From the NCBI GenBank assembly GCA_041661305.1, contig JBAZUR010000001.1, positions 387,684 to 451,683 of the forward strand: DNA of 64,000 nucleotides. Reading direction: 5' to 3'. The notes under the pieces were generated by a model. It had not been told where the DNA came from and made no database searches. It was given only the letters and a program-made list of their open reading frames with translations. This DNA comes from Minisyncoccota bacterium (GTDB taxonomy: Bacteria > Patescibacteriota > Minisyncoccia > Phycocordibacterales > VMEP01). The translations under genes and the position numbers were made by a program. The number at the start of each line of letters is the position of its first letter. Position 1 is the stretch's first letter. Of this stretch, positions 48,082 through 58,081 are shown piece by piece.

Positions 48082-48705
48082 ATGGAAAAGTCCGAAAACA
48101 CAAATATCTATCTCAAAAAAGAGTATAACCATAAGCCGAGGTGGTATAGCTATTATCATCAATATCAAAATATTTTTAATCAAAATCCCGAAAGTGTCCT
48201 AGAAATTGGAACCGGCAGTGGTATTACAGCCAAAATACTAAGGGAAAATAATATAAAGGTTGTAGCTATTGATAACGACCCAAAAACTAATCCGGATATT
48301 ATTGGTGATGTCCTTAAACTGCCCTTCGAGGATAATTCTTTCGACATGGCGGTAGCGTTCGAAATTCTGGAACATTTGCCTTTTTCATCCTTCTCTGTAG
48401 CTCTAAAAGAAATGAGCCGAGTTGCAAAAAAGAATGTTATCATTTCCATACCAGATCACGGAAAATCATTATTACGATTAACGTTCAAACTACCGTTCAT
48501 TAAAGAGAAAAACATGCAAATAAGAATTCCAGCTATTAATAACAAGAAATACTGGGCTCCGTGTGGACACCATTGGGAGATGGGAAATATTGACTATCCA
48601 TACAACCGGGTGGCTAAAGAAATAGAAAAAAGTGGTCTCAAAATAAAAGAAAGTTATATACCAAATGAGAGCGCCTGGACTAGATATTTTATTTTAAAAA
48701 AATAA
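48082..48705 (+). CDS. Class I SAM-dependent methyltransferase
   Basis: VLEIGTGSG, LPFEDNSFD, EILEHLP; ATG at 48082 preferred over the track start 48046. Confidence 0.9.
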   Translation: MEKSENTNIYLKKEYNHKPRWYSYYHQYQNIFNQNPESVLEIGTGSGITAKILRENNIKVVAIDNDPKTNPDIIGDVLKLPFEDNSFDMAVAFEILEHLPFSSFSVALKEMSRVAKKNVIISIPDHGKSLLRLTFKLPFIKEKNMQIRIPAINNKKYWAPCGHHWEMGNIDYPYNRVAKEIEKSGLKIKESYIPNESAWTRYFILKK

Positions 48706-48706
48706 C

Positions 48707-49534
48707 ATGAAAAACTTTATAAAAAATATAACCCCACCACTCTTCTACGCACTTCTAAAAAAGCATTTAGTAAAACAGAGGGTATTTTCTCCTGAATGGG
48801 TTACTCTCACCTATAAGCCACTCAATGGCATAAAAATATTTTTTGATCCTAGCGGACCTTGGCAAAAAACGATCATCAACAACACGTACGACACATTTCT
48901 TTTTGACAGACTAACCTCGGAAGACTTGCGGGGGAAAGTAATTTTTGATATCGGTGCTCATATAGGATTCCACTCCCTATACTTCGCAAGACTTGTAGGA
49001 AGTACGGGCAAGGTATATTCTTTTGAGCCTAATCCAAAAAATGTAGAGAGGTTTGAAATTATATGTGCTAAAAATGATGACATAAAAAACATAATCAATA
49101 TATTAGGCGTTGCTGTTTCTAATGTTTTAGGGACAGAAGAATTCAGTATGAGTGACGACATTGAAAGCGGAAGGAGTTCTGGAGGATTTATTGATACAGC
49201 TGACACTATCTGGGAAAGGGGTGCGTTTAAACAAAGAGGATTTAAAGAAATAAAAGTAAGAACAGTTCCTATTGACCTTTTCAAGGGAGAGCTGGGGATA
49301 CAAGAAGCCCCTGATGTAATGAAAATAGATGTTGAGGGGGCTGAATCTCTTGTCTTAGCTGGCGCAAAAAACACCATTTTGTCTAAAAAACCACTAATTC
49401 TTATGGAAATTCACTCAATGCTCAATATGTTTAATGTGGTATCTTTTCTCACCTCTATTTCCTATGAGCTAAAAATTATAAAAGAAGAAACGGACGGACG
49501 ATGTTTTATAGAAGCTCGCTATAAAAACAAATGA
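48707..49534 (+). CDS. FkbM-family methyltransferase
   Basis: DIGAHIG, SFEPNP, KIDVEGAE. Confidence 0.93.
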   Translation: MKNFIKNITPPLFYALLKKHLVKQRVFSPEWVTLTYKPLNGIKIFFDPSGPWQKTIINNTYDTFLFDRLTSEDLRGKVIFDIGAHIGFHSLYFARLVGSTGKVYSFEPNPKNVERFEIICAKNDDIKNIINILGVAVSNVLGTEEFSMSDDIESGRSSGGFIDTADTIWERGAFKQRGFKEIKVRTVPIDLFKGELGIQEAPDVMKIDVEGAESLVLAGAKNTILSKKPLILMEIHSMLNMFNVVSFLTSISYELKIIKEETDGRCFIEARYKNK

Positions 49535-51225
49535 AAACATTAAAAAATATTCTCTTAGGCGGGTTCTTTGTTTTTATTGTTTTTGTTTTTTTATACCCAA
49601 ACCCATTTGGTAACAACCCTGACATAATTGCCGACGAAAGCTATTTCCTTACAAGCTCCCTTTCTGCAATTGAAAAAATAACTCTTCCTGGATGGGAGTT
49701 CTCGCAATCTGGTAATTACTATGGCGGAGTACAAACGTATATAGATTATTTTGTTTTAATACCAGTGCTCGGGGTCATCATGGCCTCTCATGATTTCTCT
49801 GTTATCTCAACCAAGCTTTGGGTTGCGTTGAACACTGGGGAACTCCTGCACATTCTTCGAATTGTAAATGGGTTACTTATGGTAGGTGCAATCATAGGAT
49901 GTTATTTTTATTTTTCAAAGAGAAACATCCCAAAAAAATTATCTCTTACTCTAATTCTTTTTCTATTTTTATTACTAAGCAATGTCCTCATCATACAATT
50001 TTTTCATACAGCAAAAATATGGGGTGTTTATATAATCATAACCTCAATAATAAGCGCCTTGTTCATTGCAAATGAATATTATTTAACAAACTTCAAAGAA
50101 CCATTTATTAAAAAAGAGAAATGGATACTACTTTTGGTTTGGAGTAGTGTGTTTCTTTTCTTCCAGAATTATGTAGGAGCAATATCAATTTTTTTGATAA
50201 CAATATACGCGCTCCTGTTAGAGCACTTAAAAATATCGGATTTACTTAATTATTTAAAAAAATACTGGTACCTAATAATTCTGTTTGCATTAACACAAAT
50301 ATCATTCATACATAGAGCAATCTTTTTGAATTGGCTAACTGGGTCATTTGCCCAAATAATAGTCACTAACCAAGATGGTCAAACTGACTGGTTTTTGCGT
50401 TTATACAATCCGCTACTTTTTACAATAAAAAGTCACCCGCTTGTGGTGTTACTCTTTGTAGTGAGTGCCATTTGTTTATTTTTTTCTATATCAAAAAATA
50501 AACAAATTCTGCTAGATAAAAGAAAAGTGGTTTATTTATCCATGGCGTTAGCGCATCCATTTTTAGTCTATTTAATTTTCCATGTCGCAATAGGATTCAG
50601 TTTTACTATGAGGTATGCCATATTTTTGACGCTTGCATTAGCTTTTTCTTCAACAATTTTGTTAAGTGAAGCCAGGCTAATTTTAGTAAAAATATCACTG
50701 GGTTTAAGTGCGCTTTTGTTTTTCATAATAGGTATACACTCCATCCCTCTTTATTGGCATGAATCTTCGGAGATGACATTATTAAAAACAATAGAGAAAA
50801 AATATAATTCCCCAACAAATGTTTTTATTGAAAAACCAGACGCCCTACACCTCACCCTTCCAATAAACGCTGACTCTCTTTCTTTGTTGAACAAAAAAAG
50901 ACAGAGTATGGGTCGTTTTCAATTCTTGTCACAAAACCAAGATTTACTACGAGATAACGTTTCTTTCAAACCCTTAACGCTTATTACATATAGCGAAGAA
51001 GAGCTAAGCGACTCATTAGCACATTTCCAAAAAAAAGATGTCTCTGTTTGGACCATAACAACAAATTGCAATAATTTATGCACATACCAAGAGTTAACGA
51101 TGCAAACTTGTTTTGAGGTTCGTACAAACGCCTGTGGTACTGCCCCACAAGAAATAAATCTTTTAGCACAGTTTCTTTCATCAAAACAACTTGGACATTC
51201 TTATGTTGTCCGCAAAATACAATAA
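49531..51225 (+). CDS. Polytopic membrane protein, possibly GT-C fold
   Basis: Many TM segments; DE pair in the first loop (IADESYF). Confidence 0.65.
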   Translation: MKTLKNILLGGFFVFIVFVFLYPNPFGNNPDIIADESYFLTSSLSAIEKITLPGWEFSQSGNYYGGVQTYIDYFVLIPVLGVIMASHDFSVISTKLWVALNTGELLHILRIVNGLLMVGAIIGCYFYFSKRNIPKKLSLTLILFLFLLLSNVLIIQFFHTAKIWGVYIIITSIISALFIANEYYLTNFKEPFIKKEKWILLLVWSSVFLFFQNYVGAISIFLITIYALLLEHLKISDLLNYLKKYWYLIILFALTQISFIHRAIFLNWLTGSFAQIIVTNQDGQTDWFLRLYNPLLFTIKSHPLVVLLFVVSAICLFFSISKNKQILLDKRKVVYLSMALAHPFLVYLIFHVAIGFSFTMRYAIFLTLALAFSSTILLSEARLILVKISLGLSALLFFIIGIHSIPLYWHESSEMTLLKTIEKKYNSPTNVFIEKPDALHLTLPINADSLSLLNKKRQSMGRFQFLSQNQDLLRDNVSFKPLTLITYSEEELSDSLAHFQKKDVSVWTITTNCNNLCTYQELTMQTCFEVRTNACGTAPQEINLLAQFLSSKQLGHSYVVRKIQ

Positions 51226-51235
51226 ACCCGACACC

Positions 51236-52306
51236 TTAAACTTTAGCGATTCTAAATATAAACTTTTTGTTAACAAAAAAAGTAATTACTGCAAGACCCA
51301 ATGAAATTATTATTTGAGATGTGGCATACCAAATATGCAGGTAGTCTACAAAAACATATAACAATAAAGTATTTAAAAATAAATTAATTAATATCTGGAG
51401 AGCCAAAAAAGATGGAGCTTCCATGTATATACGACCTTTTTTTGTGCCAAACGTCCAAAATTTCTGAAAAGTGAAGTTCACAACAACCGCAATAAAAAAA
51501 GCACAAATAGATGAAGCCAGGTAATAAACACCTAAAATACTTGTAAAAAAATATAGAAAAAAAACATTAACAACTAAGGCCACCCCACCAACAATACTGA
51601 ACTTAAAAAACTGCCAATACTTCCCTGACCTAACTTCTATCATTGCCAACAAAGCCTTAAGTCCGTGCCGCCAATTAACCTTTTTCCCTTCCTCGCGACT
51701 TCTTGGAAAATAGTTTATTGGGACCTCAACAACATTACCAAACTTAAATAATTCATAAGTTAAATAAACAGCATCAAAAACAAACCCATCTTCTTTCCAC
51801 TGCAACAATCGACTAATAGCCTGTCGAGGAAACAACTTGTAACAAGTTGTTATATCCGTAAACTTACTACCAAAAAATAGATTGAAAACGTTGGTTAAAA
51901 ACTTACTACCGTAAAAATACACAAAACTATAACGCTCATTTTTTTGACGCAATCGCGAACCAAAAACAATCTGATGCTTTTCATCTAGGGCTCCGACCAT
52001 TCTTTGATAGTCACTGGGGTCATACTCAAGATCGGCATCTTGAATTAAAACAAAGTCCCCTGTTGCTCTTTCTAGTCCACTTTTTAAAGCCGCACCCTTG
52101 CCTCCGTTTTTTGTCCTTAATACTATGGTGTGTATTTGAGAATATTTGTTTATCTTATCCTTTGTTTCGTCGCTTGAAAAATCATCCACAATGATTATTT
52201 CCCTCTGCCAATTTGATGGTAAATAGGCCGCCTCAACGCGTTCTATAATTTGATCTATTGTCTTTTCCTCGTTGAAGCAAGGGATAATAATGGAAAGCTT
52301 AGACAT
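51236..52306 (-). CDS. Polyprenol-phosphate glycosyltransferase (GT2) fused to a GtrA domain
   Basis: IIPCFNEE, NGGKGAA, QDADLEYDP, GSR; C-terminal four-TM GtrA-like segment. Confidence 0.9.
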   Translation of the reverse strand: MSKLSIIIPCFNEEKTIDQIIERVEAAYLPSNWQREIIIVDDFSSDETKDKINKYSQIHTIVLRTKNGGKGAALKSGLERATGDFVLIQDADLEYDPSDYQRMVGALDEKHQIVFGSRLRQKNERYSFVYFYGSKFLTNVFNLFFGSKFTDITTCYKLFPRQAISRLLQWKEDGFVFDAVYLTYELFKFGNVVEVPINYFPRSREEGKKVNWRHGLKALLAMIEVRSGKYWQFFKFSIVGGVALVVNVFFLYFFTSILGVYYLASSICAFFIAVVVNFTFQKFWTFGTKKGRIYMEAPSFLALQILINLFLNTLLLYVFVDYLHIWYATSQIIISLGLAVITFFVNKKFIFRIAKV

Positions 52307-52353
52307 AACTTTTGCAGTATATCATCACTTTTAGACATGGTATATTTAACAGA

Positions 52354-53286
52354 ATGAAAAAAATTATAATACTCAGAACCACAGGGAATGAGCTATCTAA
52401 CCAACTTTGGAACTACGTAAGTGTCTACGCTTATTCTCTTGAGAAAAATCTAAAACTAAAAAATTATTCCTTTTTCGAATACGGAAAATATTTCACCACA
52501 CCAACACCAAATTTATTTTTTAAGTTATTTTTCTTCCTTCCATTCACTAACTACACAAAACGAAAATCATCCTTAAAAAGAAGGCTCTGGCGCAAGGTAT
52601 ACGAATACTATGCAAGAATAATCATTTTAATACACGAAAAATCAATTATTGTTTCTGATAACAACGAAAACAAACCATTTTATCTTCCACCAACAACCGA
52701 GAACGAAAAGCTATCCATTCTTGAGAAATCAAACAACACAATTTACTTTGATGGGTGGCTTTTCCGTAATCCTGCCGGTATTCAAAAATATTACGAGAAA
52801 ATACTAGAATATTTTAAACCACGGAAAGACATTGAAGATAATGTAAAAACACGAATAAAAAATATACGAAATAGTTTCAAGAACGTCATAGGGATTCATA
52901 TTCGCCAAGGTGATTACAAAACATGGCGTGGTGGGGCTTATTTTATTCCACAAACAAGAGTCCGCGAAATTATTGATGAGTATTTAAAAGTCTCCGAGAA
53001 TAATGCCTCCGAAACATATTTTATTATCACCTCTGATGAACCAGTTGATATTCCCCTATTTAGCGGTTTAAACGCCTCCATCAGCAAAGAAAATGCTGCA
53101 CACGACCTTTTCTTGCTTTCTTCAACTGACGTTGTAATTGGCTCAAATAGTACTTTTGGAGCTTTCGCCTCTTACTACGGAAACATTCCCTTTATTGTTA
53201 TGCAAAAAGAACAAATTGACTGGAGTTATTACCAAGACAAAAAGTCTTATTTCGAAAATAAATACTGCACGATGGTGCACTATTAA
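52354..53286 (+). CDS. GT11-like glycosyltransferase
   Basis: ELSNQL, GIHIRQGDY, SDE, GSNSTFGAFA; ATG at 52354 preferred (TGGTATATT 7 nt upstream). Confidence 0.8.
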   Translation: MKKIIILRTTGNELSNQLWNYVSVYAYSLEKNLKLKNYSFFEYGKYFTTPTPNLFFKLFFFLPFTNYTKRKSSLKRRLWRKVYEYYARIIILIHEKSIIVSDNNENKPFYLPPTTENEKLSILEKSNNTIYFDGWLFRNPAGIQKYYEKILEYFKPRKDIEDNVKTRIKNIRNSFKNVIGIHIRQGDYKTWRGGAYFIPQTRVREIIDEYLKVSENNASETYFIITSDEPVDIPLFSGLNASISKENAAHDLFLLSSTDVVIGSNSTFGAFASYYGNIPFIVMQKEQIDWSYYQDKKSYFENKYCTMVHY

Positions 53287-53287
53287 T

Positions 53288-54433
53288 TTACTCCTTAGCT
53301 CGAATGAAATTTATTATTCTTTCCGCTCTCTTGTCCCAAGTGTGAAGTAAAACGTCATCGTAAGCCCTATCCGTTATATCCATAACTAAATTTTCTCCAT
53401 CAAGCGCCTTTTTTATTCCAATAGCCAATGCTTCAGAATTATCTGGCAAAACAATAATTGCATTCTCGTTATTTACGATTTCTCGTATTGAAGGGATATC
53501 TGTTGCAACTATTGGTCTCCTGCTTGCCATATACTCAAAAAGTTTCATTGGGGAAGTATAGTATTTTGAGATGTCTTCTTTTGCGGTGTTTGGTAGAACC
53601 AAAACATCAGCAGATTTTTGCCACAAAGGAATCTCTGAGTGATCTTTGTGTCCAACAATTAATATATTTTTATTGTTTCCGTATTTTCCTTTAAACATAC
53701 TAACGTCCTCATCTGTTCCCCCGATAAAAATTATCAGGCAGTCTTTTGGAAGAATTTTCCCTGCTTCTGCTAAGGTATCCACTCCTTTCCACAAATACAG
53801 GTGTCCTGTGTATGCAATAATTTTTTTATCTTTTGGTAAGCCTAATTTTTCTCGCGCCTCTTCTTTGCTTACCGAGATGTCAAAATCACCAACCTCGACA
53901 GCGTTACGCTCGCATATTATTTTTGCCCTATCTATGCCAAATAATCGCACCACTTCCTCTGCTTTCCATTTGTTTGTTACAAGGAGATACTTAGCTCGGC
54001 AAAACAACGCCCTGTAAAAAAAACTTTTTCCTTCTGGGAAATCATGTAATTCATATAATGTGTTCGGGAAATAAAAAGTTGAAAAAATAACTGGCAAAGA
54101 TTCATTTGAATATATTAGATCTTTTCTACCTGCCTTAAACAAAAGATAAATGAAGCTAATAAATGAGAAAACGATAAAACTTATTTTAAAAATTAAATTC
54201 TTGAAGAAAGGAACCCCAAAAAAATCAATTGTTGGTAAATAAACTACATTAAAATTTTCACTTAAATCATAGTAAGAAAAAGGGTTGGACTTACTCCTCC
54301 CCAAACGTCTTGGAACAAGCAAGGTCACCGAAAAACCACTTTTTCCAAAAGCTTCACATTCCTTTGCAGCGAAAAGAGAAGCCGCTTTTTCGCTAGGAAA
54401 ACGACCGTGGAAGATTAAAAATAGCCTTTTCAT
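53288..54433 (-). CDS. Glycosyltransferase family 4
   Basis: YTGHLY.WKG, ADVLVLP, SPMKLFEYMAS. Confidence 0.92.
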   Translation of the reverse strand: MKRLFLIFHGRFPSEKAASLFAAKECEAFGKSGFSVTLLVPRRLGRSKSNPFSYYDLSENFNVVYLPTIDFFGVPFFKNLIFKISFIVFSFISFIYLLFKAGRKDLIYSNESLPVIFSTFYFPNTLYELHDFPEGKSFFYRALFCRAKYLLVTNKWKAEEVVRLFGIDRAKIICERNAVEVGDFDISVSKEEAREKLGLPKDKKIIAYTGHLYLWKGVDTLAEAGKILPKDCLIIFIGGTDEDVSMFKGKYGNNKNILIVGHKDHSEIPLWQKSADVLVLPNTAKEDISKYYTSPMKLFEYMASRRPIVATDIPSIREIVNNENAIIVLPDNSEALAIGIKKALDGENLVMDITDRAYDDVLLHTWDKRAERIINFIRAKE

Positions 54434-54561
54434 CCCATTAGAAACAGAAGGCGTCCTTAAGCAACGCTTCCACGGTTATTCTAATAAAAGTAATATTTGT
54501 CATTGAATCTTTATAAAAAATATACCCATACACGGCAAAACTGTTCATGTTTCTAACGGGA
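54433..54561. mobile_element. 129-bp MITE-like element with 14-bp terminal inverted repeats
   Basis: tcccattagaaaca (54433-54446) and tgtttctaacggga (54548-54561), 13 of 14 complementary; ends on the GT4 start codon. Confidence 0.65.
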
Positions 54562-54613
54562 CAAGTGCGAGTCTGATTGTATCAAATTAGATGATATACT
54601 TGAAGCCAAAATA

Positions 54614-55663
54614 ATGAAATTTCTATACGTAAACACTGGTAATAAATACGCCCCCGACAAACACCTTCTAGACGGCCTTAGGGAAAATGGGCACGAAATT
54701 TTTGAATTAATTGTGAATGAAACAGGGTTAAGTAAATATATAAATTTTGTGCGCCGTTTCCGGAAAGAAAAACGCACATTGGATGCGGTTGTTATTGGAT
54801 ATGGTTTGCCGTTTTTAATACCATTCGCTCGAATAATGACTAGAAAAGATGTAATCTTTAATGCTGTTTCTTCGCAGTACGAAGCAAACGTAATATCAAG
54901 AAATGTAAACACCCCTATATCGTTCGGGGCACTAAAATGGTGGTTAATCGACTTTATTTCGTTTCATCTTTCGTCTAAGGTACTTCTTGAGAGTAGTGCT
55001 CAAATTAATTTTATTCACAAATTTTTTCTTATATCAGAAAAAAAACTTATACTTTCACGAATGGGGGTTGATGAGGAAATCTTCTTCAAAGATAATTCTA
55101 TTCAAAAAAATAAAAAATTTACTGTATTGTTTAGAGGGAGATTTCTTCCGGAATCTGGAATACTCACTGTCATTGAAACAGCAAAGAAACTGGAAAACCA
55201 AAATGTAGAGTTTCTTATTGTTGGACATGGATTCATGTATAGAGAAGTTAATGCGCTAATGGAAAAGCTTAAGCCAAAAAATATCGAGATGGTACACGAA
55301 AGATTGGGTGATGACGAGCTAAGAAATCAAATGCTTTCTTGTCACATAAGCCTTGGGCAACTTGCGGACCACCCACGCCTCCTTCGTACCCTTCCTGCAA
55401 AATTATACGAGAGTTTAGCATTAGGTCTCCCTTATCTCACAGGCAGAAACGCTGGTGTATTTGAGATATTAAAAGAAGACGAAACCTGTATTGCCGTTGA
55501 ACCAAACAACCCAGATGATTTAACGAAAAAAATACTGTATCTAAAAGAAAAACCTGAAATACTTAGCCAAATATCAGAAAACGGGTATAAACTTTACAAA
55601 GAAAAACTTACGTCAAAAAAACTAGCACAAGACTTTATTTCTAATTACCTAAAAAACAAATGA
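54614..55663 (+). CDS. GT-B fold glycosyltransferase
   Basis: LFRGRFLPESG, PAKLYESLALGLP. Confidence 0.85.
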   Translation: MKFLYVNTGNKYAPDKHLLDGLRENGHEIFELIVNETGLSKYINFVRRFRKEKRTLDAVVIGYGLPFLIPFARIMTRKDVIFNAVSSQYEANVISRNVNTPISFGALKWWLIDFISFHLSSKVLLESSAQINFIHKFFLISEKKLILSRMGVDEEIFFKDNSIQKNKKFTVLFRGRFLPESGILTVIETAKKLENQNVEFLIVGHGFMYREVNALMEKLKPKNIEMVHERLGDDELRNQMLSCHISLGQLADHPRLLRTLPAKLYESLALGLPYLTGRNAGVFEILKEDETCIAVEPNNPDDLTKKILYLKEKPEILSQISENGYKLYKEKLTSKKLAQDFISNYLKNK

Positions 55664-56811
55664 AAATTTTTGTCATTGGAACAATAGACAACAAAGGTGG
55701 AGCAGCTAATATATCCTGGGAGCTTCGAAAGAGACTAAAAGTTGACGGCCACTCTGTTCCAACATTTGTACGCTATAAATATTCAAGCGAGCCAGATGTT
55801 TTTGTTATACCAAGAAAACGTTATCAAGACTGGCTCGTTAAACTTTTTGCAAACGATCTTACTTTTGCCAAAACAGACTATCTTTTAGAAACAAAAGAAT
55901 TCAAGGAGGCGGATATTGTTCATTGCCATAACCTACATAGTAATTTTTTTAACCTTTCTACTCTACAAAAAATGTCGCTCCAAAAACCAGTTGTATGGAC
56001 AATGCATGATATGTGGGCATTTACTGGCTTCTCGAGTAATAGTGCCACTCTCAAAAATCCAAATAAGAAAAAATTTTTACTTTATCTTTGGGATAATACT
56101 TCTCGTCTTTTGGATACAAAAAAGAAGATATACGAGAAATCAAAAATTAATGTAGTCGCTGTGTCTGATTGGATTAAAAAAGAAATGGAAAAAAGCATCC
56201 TCCGCAATCAAACAATTATTCGTATTTATAATGGTATAGACACGGAAATATTCAAACCCCACGAAAAAAGCTCAACAAGGAAAGAACTTGGCCTTCCTAT
56301 TGATAAAAAAATTATTGCTTTCGGCATAAAAGGCTGGGGGGACTCAAATAAAATCGTAGATGACTATACTAATGACGAAAGCGTCTTTTTTATAGCTATC
56401 GGCCACTCAAACATAAAAACTGATAATAAAAATTATAAGTCGCTCCCCAAAACACAAGACAGAGAATTATTTGCGAAATATCTTTCCTGCACAGACGTTT
56501 TTCTACACCCCACACCAGAAGACTCTTTTGGTCTTATAAGTGCTGAGGCTATGTCATGCGGGGTCCCTGTGGTTACTTATGACATAGACGCTCTCCCTGA
56601 AATAGTGACTCACAAGGAAACAGGTTATGTTGCAGAATATAAAAATATAGATGATTTAAAAATGGGAATTAATCACATTTTAAATCTTTCAAAAGAAGAC
56701 TACTCCGCGATGAGCACAAAGGCGAGAGAAAGAATAATTAATAATTTCTCTCTAGAAAAAATGTATAAGGAATATCTTTCTTTGTATAAAAATCTACTGA
56801 ACAAAAATTAA
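55660..56811 (+). CDS. Glycosyltransferase family 4
   Basis: HCHNLH, VWTMHDMW, IYNGID, DSFGLISAEAMSCGVPVV. Confidence 0.92.
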   Translation: MKIFVIGTIDNKGGAANISWELRKRLKVDGHSVPTFVRYKYSSEPDVFVIPRKRYQDWLVKLFANDLTFAKTDYLLETKEFKEADIVHCHNLHSNFFNLSTLQKMSLQKPVVWTMHDMWAFTGFSSNSATLKNPNKKKFLLYLWDNTSRLLDTKKKIYEKSKINVVAVSDWIKKEMEKSILRNQTIIRIYNGIDTEIFKPHEKSSTRKELGLPIDKKIIAFGIKGWGDSNKIVDDYTNDESVFFIAIGHSNIKTDNKNYKSLPKTQDRELFAKYLSCTDVFLHPTPEDSFGLISAEAMSCGVPVVTYDIDALPEIVTHKETGYVAEYKNIDDLKMGINHILNLSKEDYSAMSTKARERIINNFSLEKMYKEYLSLYKNLLNKN

Positions 56812-57428
56812 TCCTTCTTCGCAACAACAAAATATCCTAAGGGTATTCTTTTGCTTACATTTCTATACCTTTTAGACATCTTAAAAAATAACAAATCTAC
56901 AAAAACTGCGATATTTTTGAAAAAACTCTTAAGAAAACTTGGCAACATTCCAGAGACAGACTGATAAATCATAGAAAATAACCCCAGTCCGATTTCTTCT
57001 ATTTCCACATTCTCAAATCCGTTTTCTTTAAGCATTTCTTCTATTGCAGAACGAGTATATCTAAAATAATCATCGGGGCTACCGTGGATATGGTGCATAA
57101 ACGGAACTGCGAAAATAAATATTCCGCCATTCTTAAGAACACGGAAAGTTTCTGATACTACATTATTAAATTTATAAACATGCTCCAAAACGTTCATGCA
57201 CAAAACCGCATCAAATTTATCATCTTCAATTGGAAAAATTTTTTGTATATCAAAAACCATATCACACCCATATTCCGCACTAATATTAACCGAGGTAAAA
57301 GAATGTTTGCCTCTTATAAGGTCGTGATACTCGGAGTTAAAATTACCACCTAAATCAAGAATGATGCCGTCAACTGAAATGGACTTCAATTTTTTATACT
57401 CCCCATCTCTAATTATTGAATAAGTCAT
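56808..57428 (-). CDS. Class I SAM-dependent methyltransferase
   Basis: ILDLGG, NVLEH, RVLK.GG, PDDYFRY. Confidence 0.88.
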   Translation of the reverse strand: MTYSIIRDGEYKKLKSISVDGIILDLGGNFNSEYHDLIRGKHSFTSVNISAEYGCDMVFDIQKIFPIEDDKFDAVLCMNVLEHVYKFNNVVSETFRVLKNGGIFIFAVPFMHHIHGSPDDYFRYTRSAIEEMLKENGFENVEIEEIGLGLFSMIYQSVSGMLPSFLKSFFKNIAVFVDLLFFKMSKRYRNVSKRIPLGYFVVAKKD

Positions 57429-57439
57429 TTAGTGTACGA

Positions 57440-58081
57440 TTATTTCTTCTCTAATTTAACAACAAAAGAAAGCGCAAAAAGTGATGGCCAAATCTTGGTC
57501 ATAAATCTTAATATTACTCCAACCAAAAAATAATCCTGCCAAAATGTATTCATTCGTATCTCAACTAAACTAAGTCCACTCTCTTTTGTCATCTTTCTTA
57601 AACCGCTGTAATTAAACCAGTATATATGCCCTTTGTTCGGCTTATTATTTTCTGGAATCGCGCCAAATAGCGTTTGAATACGAGCAGGCAACGAACTAAA
57701 ATTTGGAACACTTACTACAACGTATTTTTTTGATACACGGGTAGCCTCTCTTAAAAGAATTTCTGGGGTGTAAAGATGCTCCAGAAGATCGAGTATAGAA
57801 ACCGTATCAAATGTATTATCTGGAAATGGAATTTTGTTATTAAAATCAAAAACAGTAGCCTCAATACCCCTGTCTCGCGTCTTACTTATTCCCTCTTCTG
57901 AAATATCAAGGCCATTACCTTTTATCCCCTTTTCTTTCAAAAGAGACAAGAACAACCCGTCCCCAGAACCAAGATCAAGAACTATCCCGCTATCAATCAT
58001 CGAAAGAGCTGCTTTGTGACGAAAGCAAACAACCTGCACATCTTTAGACCATCTATTGTTTTCAAATTGTTTTACACTCAT
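57440..58081 (-). CDS. SAM-dependent methyltransferase (MetW-like)
   Basis: VLDLGSGDG, GLDIS, LEHL, VSVPNF. Confidence 0.88.
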   Translation of the reverse strand: MSVKQFENNRWSKDVQVVCFRHKAALSMIDSGIVLDLGSGDGLFLSLLKEKGIKGNGLDISEEGISKTRDRGIEATVFDFNNKIPFPDNTFDTVSILDLLEHLYTPEILLREATRVSKKYVVVSVPNFSSLPARIQTLFGAIPENNKPNKGHIYWFNYSGLRKMTKESGLSLVEIRMNTFWQDYFLVGVILRFMTKIWPSLFALSFVVKLEKK

